DNA of 61,234 bases from Octopus bimaculoides (lineage: Eukaryota). Within the stretch, counting starts at the first letter, position 1, and each line of letters opens with the position of its first letter. The notes below the pieces were generated by a model. The model was not told the origin of the DNA and did not search any database. It worked only from the letters and a program-made list of their open reading frames with translations. Positions 1 through 11,200 of this stretch are shown here, piece after piece. Location of the stretch: contig NC_068988.1 of assembly GCF_001194135.2 (NCBI RefSeq), positions 931,906 through 993,139 on the forward strand, read 5' to 3'. The position numbers and the translations under genes were made by a program.

Positions 1-95
1 CCGGCATCGGTCGCTCGCTCCAGCGCCATCCATTTTCGAGGCCGGTCGATTCGGCAGGTAAGTTGTTACACACTCCTGAGCGGATTCCGACTTCC
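1..95 (-). rRNA. 28S (LSU) rRNA fragment, cut by the window edge
   Basis: Reverse complement reads GGAAGTCGGAATCCGCTCAGGAGTGTGTAACAACTTACCTGCCGAATCG...GAAAATGGATGGCGCTGGAGCG, the conserved eukaryotic LSU core. Similarity stops abruptly at 95. Confidence 0.9.
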
Positions 96-916
96 GACAC
101 TCAAGCGCTTTCAAAGTACATTGTTGAAAACGAGCCTAAATTACTTCCGGACCAGCTGCAGGCCTACAGATCTATTATTAACAGTGTACGCCAACGCGAG
201 GGACGAATCTTCTTCCTGGATGCTCCTGGATGGACAGGAAAAACATTTATTACGAAGCTTCTCCTTGCAAAGTTAGGTAGCACCAGGACATCGTGGTAGC
301 TGTGGCTTCCTCTGGGATTGCAGCTACTTTGTTACCCGGTGGCAGGACAGCACACTCCACTTTCAAACTCCCCTTCAATTTAGCAGCATCCAAGATGTCT
401 TCATGCAACATCAACAAAAGCTCAGATCAGGGGCAGATACTTAAAAGGTGTTATCTAATTGTCTGGGATGAGTGCACCATGTCTCACAAGGGAGCTCTGG
501 AAGCATTAGATAGAGCCCTGAAAGACATCCGAAACTGTCAGGCTCTGATGGGAGGCATAACGCTTCTGTTGTCAAGTGATTTCAGGCAAACTCTTCCTGT
601 CATTCCGAAAGGCACTAGAGCAGATGAGGTCCAAGCATGCCTAAAGTCCTCTGCCTTGTGGCATCATGTTACCATCCTCAGTCTTACCACTAACATGAGA
701 GATCAGCTACCCGACGACCAAATGTCCGCAAAGTTTGCACAGGACATTTTGACACTTGGTGATAGCAAGGTGCCTCTCGACGCTGCAGGAGAAATGGAAG
801 TGTGGCCATTTTCCTCTGTTGTTAATTCTGTGGATGAGCTCAAACACAAAGTTTTTCCCAACTTCACAGAAAACTACCAAAATCACAATTGGCTGTGTGA
901 AAGAGCAATATTAGCT

Positions 917-954
<38 letters not shown>

Positions 955-1465
955 GTCGCTGTTAAAAAAATAAATCAACAGTTAATGCATTCTCTTCCCG
1001 GCACTCTTCACACTTACAAGTCTGTTGATACAATTCCAGATCAAAATGAAGTGGTGAACTATCCTCCTGAATTTCTCAATTCGTCGGAGCCTCCTGGACT
1101 ACGTCCCCACATATTAGCACTTAAAGTTGGAACTCCTGTAATGTTACTCCGCAATCTGGAACCACCAAGACATTGCAATGGGACACGACTGGTGATAAAG
1201 AAAATGATGTCAAAGGTTATCGAGGCTAACCTTTCTGGATGTAGAAAAAATGATGACGTCTTCATTCCAAGAATTCCTCTTACTCCATCAGGAACAGAAA
1301 TCCCATTTATGTTCAGAAGACTGCAATTCCCTCTTCGTGTCAGTTTTGCCATGTCCATTAACAAATCTCAGGGTCAAACCCTCTCTGTGACTGGTCTTCT
1401 CTTGGAAGAGCCCTGCTTCTCGCATGGACAACTGTATGTTGGCTGCTCAAGAGTGGGAAGTAATT
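96..1465 (+). pseudogene. Helitron PIF1-family (SF1B) helicase, disrupted
   Basis: Three consecutive ORFs give Walker A DAPG[W]TGKT, ASSGIAATLLPGGRTAHS, IVWDECTM, DFRQTLPV, LLRNL..CNGTRL, QFPLRVSFAMSINKSQGQTL and FSHGQLYVGCSRV. Frameshift near 270-290 and at the A35 run 919-953. No Rep domain or termini seen. Confidence 0.92.
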
Positions 1466-2130
1466 TATATCATTATATGATCGAACGCAGCGCATCCATT
1501 TCCAAGTAAGTTTTATCGTAATAATTCTGATGCGCACTCTACAACTATCTCTATTCTCCCTCTATTATTCTTCCTTCTTTCTGTTTCTCTTCTCCTCCCT
1601 CTTCATTGTTCTCTTTCTCTCCCTCTCTCTTTCTCTCCCTCTCTCTTTCTCTCTCTCACTCTTCCTCCTTGACTCTCTCGTTGCTCACACGTGACCAGCG
1701 GCTATCTTCCTTTTTCCTCTTGCTTTACAAAAGACAAGACACGCTTTTGCCTGTCTCTCCTGTCAAAGCTCGTTTCTCCAGCGTTCACCTCTTCACCTCG
1801 TTATGGCTTAACAGCCCTTACCGTTTGTTTTTACTGTTTTGTACTTACTATCCTGTTTTTGTTATCACTTTAACTCTCCGCAAATCCTAAATTTTATTTA
1901 ATTTGCTTTGCTGGAACGACTGTTTTAACGAAGTCGCGTTTTGTCTCTACCTTCGAAATGCGAAGTAGATAACACAGGGGACAACTGATGAAAGGATTGT
2001 TCTTTATGTTCCCAGTCGTTTCTCTATTTGTTTCTTTCGTTGTTCGAAAAAATAGTTCGTTTTCCATGTTTTTATTTTTTTATGTTCTCGTTTTTCATTT
2101 TGTTCACCCTTATTTTTTTTTGACGTCCTG
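1466..2130. repeat. Unclassified repeat-like segment with CT-rich tract
   Basis: Helicase similarity ends at SRVGSN. Pyrimidine tract ~1545-1680, then non-coding sequence ending in TA/TAT microsatellites. Family not assignable by eye. Confidence 0.3.
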
Positions 2131-2142
2131 TACCCATATATG

Positions 2143-2173
<31 letters not shown>

Positions 2174-2212
2174 AAGTATCTACATATATGTATGTATATA
2201 TGCATATACATA

Positions 2213-2284
<72 letters not shown>
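2213..2284. repeat. (TAT)n microsatellite
   Basis: About 24 uninterrupted TAT units. Confidence 0.95.
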
Positions 2285-2287
<3 letters not shown>

Positions 2288-2289
2288 CA

Positions 2290-3275
2290 TTGCTTGCCGA
2301 CCGACTAAGGAATGAAGCCAGAATGCTCCGATAGATGTCTAGTGTCAGTGTGCATACACGACAGAGTGTAAGCGCCCTGAAAGAAAAGTTGGATTTAAGA
2401 AGCGTCAGATATGGTGTGCAAGAGAGACGACTGCGCTGGTTTGGTCATGTGTTGCGAATGAATGAAGACAGCTGTGCGAAAAAGTGTCACACCCTATCAG
2501 TTGAAAGAACCTTTGGAAGAGGTAGACCCAAGAAAACCTGGGATGAGGTGGTGAAGCACGACCTTCAAACATTGGGCCTTACTGAGGCAATGGCTAGTAA
2601 CCGGAACCTTTGGAGATATGCTGTGCTTGAGAAGACCCGACATGCCAAGTGAGACCATAGCCCATGACCTATGCCAGTGGGTGTAACCAGCCCACTTATG
2701 AATACCCCTCATTCATTGGACAATAAATTTTGCTTGCGAAGACCTATTGAGGCAAGTGAAATCAAAATCAAAATCGATGACGTGGCCGATGACAGTGCCG
2801 CCTGATTGGCACTCGTGCCAGTGGAACATTACAAGCACATCCGAGTGTGATCGTTGCCGGGTCCACGGATTGGCTCTCGTGCCGGTGGCACGTGAAAAGT
2901 ACCATTCGAGCGTGCTCATTGCCAGTGTCGCCTTACCGGCACATGTGCCGGTTGCACGTGAAAAACAACATTCGAGCAGGGTCGTTGCCAGTGCCGCCAG
3001 ACTGGCTCATGTGCAGGTAGCACGTAAAAAACACCTTTTGAGCATGGTCGTTGCCGGAACCGCCTGTCTGGCCCTCGTGCCGGTGGCACGTAAAAGCACC
3101 CACTACACTCTCAGAGTTGTTAACGTTAGGAAGGGCATCCAGTTGTAGAAACTTTGCCAGATCAGACTGGAGACTGGTGCAGCCTTCTGGTTCGCTAGCC
3201 CTCAGTCAAACCGTCCAACCCATGCCAGCATGGAAAGCGGACGTTAAACGACGACGATGATGATGATGATGATGA
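2290..3275 (+). mobile_element. RTE-clade LINE 3' fragment (ORF end, 3'UTR, (GAT)n tail)
   Basis: ORF 2335-2652 has RLRWFGHVLRM and GRGRPKKTWDEVV typical of RTE ORF C-termini. 3'UTR has 66-bp subrepeats and ends CATGCCAGCATGGAAAGCGGACGTTAAACGACGAC(GAT)n. Confidence 0.85.
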
Positions 3276-4462
3276 ATTATTTCTAGCCCACTCTCTCTAT
3301 ATGTACATTGCATGCAAATCACACAGACATATGTGCGTGTATACATATACACCCCCACGTTAGCCCCACGTTCGCCAGCAGCATTTTTTTTCATATTCGT
3401 TTACTACATGTTGTTTTACACCTATTACACTATTTTTGTTTTTGCTTTTTTTTTTTTGCTGTGGTAAAATGTGTGTGTTTGTACACATACACACATACAC
3501 ACATACACTCGACATACGCACTAACACATATACATACATCACGTGCGTGTGTGTATGTGTGTGAAGATATATAAATATATATATACACATACATACTTTC
3601 GGAGTTAACTTATGATATTGGAGTTGCCTCCCTTGACTGCTTTTAAATTTTAAGGGTGGGAGTTCCTTTCTACTTAATTGGTGGGACGGTCCCTGGAAAC
3701 CGAAAGTCCTAAAAACTAACAATAGATTAATGACTATTTTAAACATTGTAACAATTCCGAATTTACTCAAATAGTAATGTGAGAATTACAACAGTTCACA
3801 CAACGAGTCGTAAAAATTAGCATATCTAGATATAAATCGAGGTTAACCATTTAGAGAGCCCATCTGCAGAGAAAAGCAATAGTTAAGTAGGTTTAGGGTT
3901 AGGGTTAGGTTTTTTTTACATTTTATGTTGTGAGCATTTAAAATTGAAACCGATATATTTATGCGCAGCGTGTGGTCTTCTTTCATTTTGTGAGGTGAAT
4001 CGTGAAAGGACACATAAGCACTGTTATATAAAATATTCTAAGTTTGATAAAGGGCTGGCGGGTGAAAACGATTCACTTGCTGGCTATGAAAGAGAACTGC
4101 AACAAGGCCTTTACACTAGCATTTTCTTTATCCACCCCAGGAGGATGAAAGTTGAGATTGATTTTAGCTGGATTTGAACTCGGAACGAAAGAAGCCGGAA
4201 TAAATAGTGAGGTCTCTTATCTGATGCTCCAACAACAATTAGCCGTGAATCAATAAAACTAATAGTAATAAGAATATTCTGTGAATTCTCTAAAGTTTGC
4301 ATAATCCTAAACACTGTTAAAATATAGAAAAACTAGACATCTCCACAAATGTACCCCACCAACTTTATTTCCTCAAAGCTTTTAGAAAAATGGATATGGA
4401 AATCTTTTCAATAAAATTTTCTATAAATACCTACAAATAGGTTACAATTATAAGTACTCAAT

Positions 4463-4729
4463 ACGACTAAGAGGGTTCCAGTAGAACTGCTCGACGGAAC
4501 AGCTTACCCAGACACGGGTAACCCTTAACGTAGTTCCCAGGGAGATTCAGTGTGACATAGGATCAGACAAGGCTGGCCCTTTGAATAACAGGTAAAATTC
4601 ACTTTGCTGGCCGAGTGGACTAGCGCATTGTGGAATAAAGTGTCTATAACACTACGCATGCCGAGAATCGAACTCAGAACCTTGCGACCGTGAGACGAAT
4701 ATCCTAACGACTAAGCTACGTGCCTCCAC
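4463..4729 (-). mobile_element. tRNA-derived SINE, family B
   Basis: tRNA-like head (TAGCTTAGTCG ... GAGTTCGATTC) on minus. Body matches copies at 8605, 17955, 21739 and 44749. Confidence 0.7.
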
Positions 4730-4841
4730 ACACAGACACTGATGCACATCAGTTTTTCTTCCAAAACTTCCTTTTGAATGTGTGCACGCCCATCATTTTT
4801 TTTTCTCACATTAAATTCCTATCTAATCGTAATCTACACTA

Positions 4842-5163
4842 TTCTTTTATTTGTTTCAGTCATTTGACTGCGGCCATACTGGAGCACCGCAGGGCTCTTT
4901 TGCCGAACCGCTAAGTTACGGGGACGTAAACACACCAGTATCGGTTGTCAAGCGATGGTGGCCACACACACACACACACATATATATATACATACATATA
5001 TGACGGGCCTCTTTCAGTTTCCATCTACCAAACCAGTTCACAAGGCGTTGGTCGGCCCGAGGCTGTAGTAGAAGACACTTGCCCAAGGTGCCACGCAGTG
5101 GGACGGAACCCGGAACCATGTGGTTGGGAAGCAAGCTACTTCCCACACACCCACTCCTGCACC
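4842..5163 (-). mobile_element. tRNA-derived SINE, family A
   Basis: tRNA-like head with B-box GGTTCCGTCC, internal CA/TA microsatellite and shared 3' end. More than ten related copies in the window. Confidence 0.8.
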
Positions 5164-5404
5164 TATCTGAAAGGTATTTTTAGAGAATTTTATTAAATAT
5201 ATTAATTTTTCTGAAAGCTATGAGGAAATAAGGTTGGCGGCATGCACATATATGTAGGTATATGCTAAAGACAAATATATATCATTTGAGTGACACAATA
5301 TACGAACGTATCAAATTTACAAATGACGGTCAACGATTTAAAATCGATAAATATCAAATTCTTATATTTGTCGAAAGCAAAAAGTTTTCTGCCAACAAGA
5401 CAAT

Positions 5405-5440
5405 AAAAGGGAAGTAAGTGATGTTGGCTTCCGGTCTCGT
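5405..5440 (+). promoter_or_regulatory. Possible BSDC1 promoter with ETS-like sites
   Basis: GGAAGT at 5410 and CTTCCGG at 5428-5434, ~250 bp upstream of the ATG. Motif match only. Confidence 0.3.
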
Positions 5441-5684
5441 TTTACGACACATCATAGAAGTGTGACTTGTCATAAGAAATATGCTGACAGAATACTATTG
5501 TGGATGCCGAGTGGAATCGCTTCTTTCAAAGTCATTTCTTTTTCTTTTTTAATTTCAAAAGACATTTTATAGAAGTTGTTGTAAACTGGGGTTAAGCTTT
5601 CTTTTAATTTTTAGCATGAGAAATTTATTATTTCTCTAATTTCTTCCCCGACTTTATTTCCTTTCATTACGTTTGTAAACAAAC

Positions 5685-5695
5685 ATGGCTGAAAG
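5685..5695 (+). CDS. BSDC1: BSDC1 exon 1 (MAES, 11 nt)
   Basis: AAACATGG start context, AG|GTAAAA donor, phase 2. Confidence 0.8.
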
Positions 5696-8234
5696 GTAAA
5701 AAAAAATATTTATTTCGTCTTTTTCAGTTATTATTTTGGACTTTCCTGAAAAGATATTTCCGTATTTCTATTCAGTCACTATCCTTTTATAATATTTATT
5801 TTATTCTATTCTATTTCAGCGAACAACAAACCGCCAACGGCTGGTTTAATAGTTGGATCCAATCTGCTAAAGAGAAAGTATGTGAAATATATTGTTTTCA
5901 TTTATAAATTTAAATTTGTCTTTTTCTTTGAGAAATTAATTGAAATGTTAATTTTTCCATAATGTTATTTCAACATAAAGTGTCTTTACAGTCAATACGA
6001 CAAATTCCAACCAGTTTGTATTCTTGTCATTCCTCGTAAAAAATATTTATTCCTCTGCGTTGTGTAAACAGTTTACAAGACCAAAATAACCATATTGTTT
6101 GTTAACTTTGTATAGTCACTAACTGACCTACTATAAGCTATTTTATTTCTGCTTTATTGTTGCAACAATACTGGATAATCAACTTATTCACTCTATCTGT
6201 GCTTTTTAACCGTGTTATAAATTTTACCATAAATCTCGTATAAATAATGTATTTGTAATGTCTTTAAAACCAGCTTGACCAAAACAATCCAGTATTAATA
6301 TTTTCTTTCGGTTTGTTACAGTTATAATGAATTTTTCTCTCCAATATAATAAAATGTGTTCGTTTACAAAACTGAAAACTAACTATCCTCGTTCAAACCA
6401 CGGTGGCAGTTTATTTTGAACCTCGGTAGGGGACCGATTAAGGAAAGTTGGATCTTGTTAGCACCAAGAACAAGTTCATTCAATCTAATATTTTCAGGGT
6501 CTGTAAAATAAATACTCAGACTCGATGTAATCGATTATAATATCCTTGAAAAGTGTACCCCACCATGGTTACTCTCTTAAAACCTGAAACTAGTGTGTAT
6601 ATATATATATATATATATATATTAATCTTAATGTAGTAAATCAAGCGTTGAAATTTTAGCGTCCTTTTAATAAGGCTCCCTACTATATATAGCATTTAAT
6701 ATAATTATCATCCTGGGTGCTTCTTAAATATCCACACGGTTATAAAGATAATGTTATCTCGGTATATGATATGAAGTCCCGAGGAGTAACGGTACAGACG
6801 TAGGGAGACTGGATTAAAATTGGGGACTTATAAGGTGAGAAAAATGAATTATTTACAATTAGTAAAGATTAAAAAGGAAATTCTTTGGCATGACGAACGA
6901 GAATCTACATGTTTTCTAGATCTGCTAGAAAAAACTGCCAAGTTCACCTTAACACGTCTTAGAAAAAATAGGAGCATTTCAGAAAATAAGTTTGGAATGC
7001 TCTGATGATAGGTCTATTCAGTTAGGGTTAACTTGGGGTTAAACAATTTGCAGATAATAATTAAAGACCAGTGACATAACAAGGGGGCAAAGACCTTGTG
7101 TCCCCATCTTAATGAAAGGCATGAGGAGGAGGAGGAAACTTTACAAGCAGTTGAGGGAAGTGACTACCTTTACACCCTCCTTTGCTACACCCATATTCAG
7201 AAAGATAAGATGACCATCCAATTCTGTAGCAGATCAGGTCAAGATTAACAATTCTTATTCATAGAAGATCTAATAAAATATATTTCCAACCACTGAAATT
7301 CTAAATTCTTCTTTTGCTTTGATTATAAACTTAGATCGGTTTATGTACAATTAATGTTTAAGTAATGTCTTTTTTTAGCTTTTCCATGCTTGCATGAGTC
7401 AGATGAATGTTATTAGGGGGCAGTTTTACAGTTGGATGCCTTTCTCCTAATGTATCGACTTAACTGCTTTTCAATTCAGGAATCACGTCCTTTCAAATGT
7501 AAGCAGTGACCTACCCGAGAGTAAGCAGTGACCTACCCGAGAGTGCCCCTGTTTCTCTGATAGAAATTTCCTGTTTTAAACTGGTCCAAATTAAACTCCA
7601 TCAGAATTTCTTAATTTATGTTCTAAAAGTAAATTTGAAGCTTAATAATGACAAATCTATTTTTACTTAATTGAAACAAAGCCAGTGCATTTCAGTAGCA
7701 TTATGGGAAGCAAAAGTTACAACAACAAAAAAGCTGATAGTAAGGATTCTATTGACATATTTTTACTTTCTTTCTTCTGTCATTCCATCTACAGTCTTCA
7801 ACAGCTTTTGAATTTGTAAAACGAGATTTAGCAGAATTCAGCAATGTCATCCAGTCGGACACCAGCAAAGCTGTTTCAATGACAAGGTCTACCATTTCTG
7901 AAAATTTAAAGGTAGGTCAATTTCAGTAGAACCATAATTACAGCTATTTCCCTATGGCCAGAAATGTTTATACAGAATATTGGTAATGAACAACATTCAT
8001 CATCAGCATCGTTTAACGTCCGTTTTACATGCTAGCATGGGTTGGACGGTTAGATGGAAGCCAGTCAAGGTGGCACTGATACTGGCCATGTTCAGATGGT
8101 GCTTTTTATGTGCCACCGGCACAGGGATCACAACTACAATTTCCATTTGATTTTCATTTTGATGTTGATGTACTTGACTCAGTAGGTCTCCTCAACATGT
8201 ATAACAATTATACAACATCAGGATAAGGAGACAA

Positions 8235-8266
<32 letters not shown>

Positions 8267-11200
8267 TATGGATTTCTTTCAGTTTGTGTCTACCAAAGCC
8301 ACCTGCCTCTCAAATACTTCCCTCCACTTAGTTGAGGGGGCTTTTTCTTTTTCTCCTTTGTTTAACCTTTTCCTGTCTTGTAAGTTACTTGGCAACCTTA
8401 CTAGTGCCAGTGACACTAGAAAAACGCCCAGTAAAGTGGTTGGTGTTAGGCCGATCATCTGGCCATAAAAACAATGCCAAAACGGACATTGGAGCTCATC
8501 ACAAGTCTCTAGCAAGCCACACAACCTGCATCTGTCATAAATTATGTTAGGACTGGGTTATGAGAGCAAAACACCTGATTGAATAGTATTTGGTTGGGTT
8601 TATAGTGAAGGTGTTTGGCTTAATGGTTAGGGTGTTCAACTCCCAATCATTAGGTCGTGAGTTCAATTCCTGGTGGTACATTGTATCCTTGAGCAAGACA
8701 CTTTATTTCACATTGCTCCAGTCCACTCAGTTGAAAAAAATGAGTTGTAGCTGTAATTCAAAGTGCTGGCCTTGTCACATTTCTGTCCTCATCATCGTCG
8801 TCGTTTAACGTCTGCTTTCCATGCTGGCATGGGTTGGATGGTTTGACTGAGGACTGGTGAGCCAGACGGCTGCACCAGGCTCAATCTGATCTGGCAGAGT
8901 TTCTACAGCTGGATGCCCTTCCTAACGCCAACCACTCAGAGAGTGTGGTGGGTGCTTTTTACATGCCACTGGCACAAGGGCCAGTCAGGTGGCTCTGGCA
9001 ACAACCATGCTCAAAAGGTGTTTTATATGTATTACCTGCACGGGAGCCAGTCTGGCGGCACTGGCAACGCTATGTCACATTGAATCTCCCCAAGAACTAC
9101 ACTGAGGGTATGTGTGTCTGTAGAGTACTCAGCCACTTGCATGTTAATTTCACAAGCCAGCCGTCCCATTGACTGGATCCACTAGAACCTTTAGACCAAG
9201 TGCTATTTGGGTTTAAATAGAAATTTGAGGAAGGTAAAACAAGAAATTAGGTTAAAATAAGAATATTGGTGTTCAACCTGGAGTCAGCTTTGATTAAAAA
9301 AGACAATCCAGCTGTGACAACCTCTTTATATATATAATTCATTAGATATTACTGCATCCTATTTTAACGTAGTAACGTGTGTTTGGCAGGGGTTTGGCTG
9401 CTATTTCTAGCAGATGGAATGACTAACAAAAAGTCCACACGCACAAAATCAACTTTTTTTTCAACACTTGTCCTGAATTCTGTTGTTTTTATTGCATTTT
9501 GTAGGCTGAAAATGCTGTTGTTGCCAAAAGTAAAATGCAAGAAAGTTTGAGTCACTTTTTGCATGGGATTTCCAAGGCTCTTGAAGTTGTGGAGTTACCA
9601 GAATCTTCTTCCAATGGCACAGACGATACGAAAACTGCTGTATATGACCGAGCACAGGTACTATTTTGTAGCTGTTTGTTTCTTTTTTAAATGTTTTTGG
9701 GTTTTTTAAAAAAATTTTCCACCCTTCAACCGTACTCAATTTTTACAACTGCAGTCTCTACCCACCCTTATCCCCTCATCACCTGCTCCCCATATTATCT
9801 TGTCCCCTTCTCACCAGACCTTGAGAGGACACCTGGACATCTCATTCCTACTGATCATTCTCAGCCTCTTACTAAAATGTAAATAGCTACACAGCTTCTC
9901 TACACGAATCTGCCCCACTGCCCCTACTCTCATTCATTAACCCCTCATTTTTTGGCATAAAGCTGACCTCATCCTTCCAGTTGCATAGTCTTGTGAGCTG
10001 CATGGGGACCTCAGTAGGGCTGGTGACACAAAAAAAAAAAAAAAAGCATCCCATCTGTGTTGTAAACTGATTGGTTTTAAGATATTCCGGCCTTAGAAAC
10101 CATTGCCAAAGTACACATTGGAACATGGTGCAGCTTTTGCACCCATTGAAATCTGTAGAAGCATCCAGCCTTTGTCAGCATGGAGCATGGATGTTAAATG
10201 ATAACTCTTCTTCACATAACCGTTTTCATTCTATCGCTTCTACTGCTCAATGCGTCTGAGTGAAACTGTTTATCAGGTATTTCTGACCTGCTATCACTAG
10301 TCAAACCAAGCTCTTAGTGACGAGTCCTTCACTTCTGACTCTTTAGTAACCCTGTGTAGGCTGAATGTATCCTAGGAGATTCTTCATTGCTGTTTGGATT
10401 ACAGTTACCATAACAACCTTTTATAAATCTCTGTTGGTTTTATTTTTTTTAATAAGGTTTTAGTTTTTTTTAACGCTATTGAGCTACCTGCTCATTGAAG
10501 GACATTCCACCACTTACCTTTAATGACATTCTCAAGTAGAATGAGTGTGGCACTGTCAGTGATAAAGCCAAACCATTAGATTACAGATACAACCCATCTT
10601 GACAGGCTTCTGGACAGTTTCCGGCTACTTTATTTCATTCATAGTATTTGGGCTGAGCTGAGAGTCCAGTATGAAATACTTGCTCCAGATGCCCCGCAGC
10701 AGGACTGAACCCAGCACCTTGTGATTAAGAGTGAGTATCATCTCGACCATTCGGTCATGCTGTGTCCACCACACTCTTGTTAATCAGTTGAAACAATTGT
10801 TTTTAGAAAATCTTTGACATTGTTTATTTGTTTTAGTCATTGCACTGTGGCCATGCTGGAGCAGTGCTATGGAGAGTTGAACAAAACCCCAGGACTTATT
10901 TTTGAAAGTCTAGTATTCTATGAGTTCCTTTTGCTGAACCACTAAGTTACAGGGATGCAAACAAACCAACACTGGCTGTCAAATAGTGGGTGGGACAACA
11001 AATTTCAACACACACACACGGGATTCCTCACAGTTTCCACTTACCAAATCTATTCAAGGCATTGATTAGCCAGGCGCTATAGTAGAAGACACTTGCCCAA
11101 GGTGCCGCAAAGTGGAACTGAACACGGAACTACGTTTGCTGAGTGAGCTTTACTTGCTTCAGTGACCATGTTAGGACTCTGCCTTGAAGCAAAGGCTTTG

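Noticed and set aside
63-299. ORF as an rRNA-helicase fusion protein
   Set aside because: The TTG start lies in antisense rRNA and the frame breaks soon after Walker A.
1940-2020. GAAA...CTGATGA as a type II hammerhead
   Set aside because: Stems I and III cannot be formed and no closing pair for stem II was found.
1988-2308. ORF with poly-Tyr, and similar HT/CV/YI-repeat ORFs elsewhere
   Set aside because: Translations of microsatellites, SINEs or N-gaps.
2815-3100. Regularly spaced repeats as a CRISPR-like array
   Set aside because: Eukaryotic context, whole units are homologous with no unique spacers, and they lie in a LINE 3'UTR.
3893-3910. TTAGGG TTAGGG TTAGGT as interstitial telomere
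   Set aside because: Only two perfect units.
7499-7542. 22-bp exact tandem duplication
   Set aside because: Simple local slippage in an intron with no further structure.
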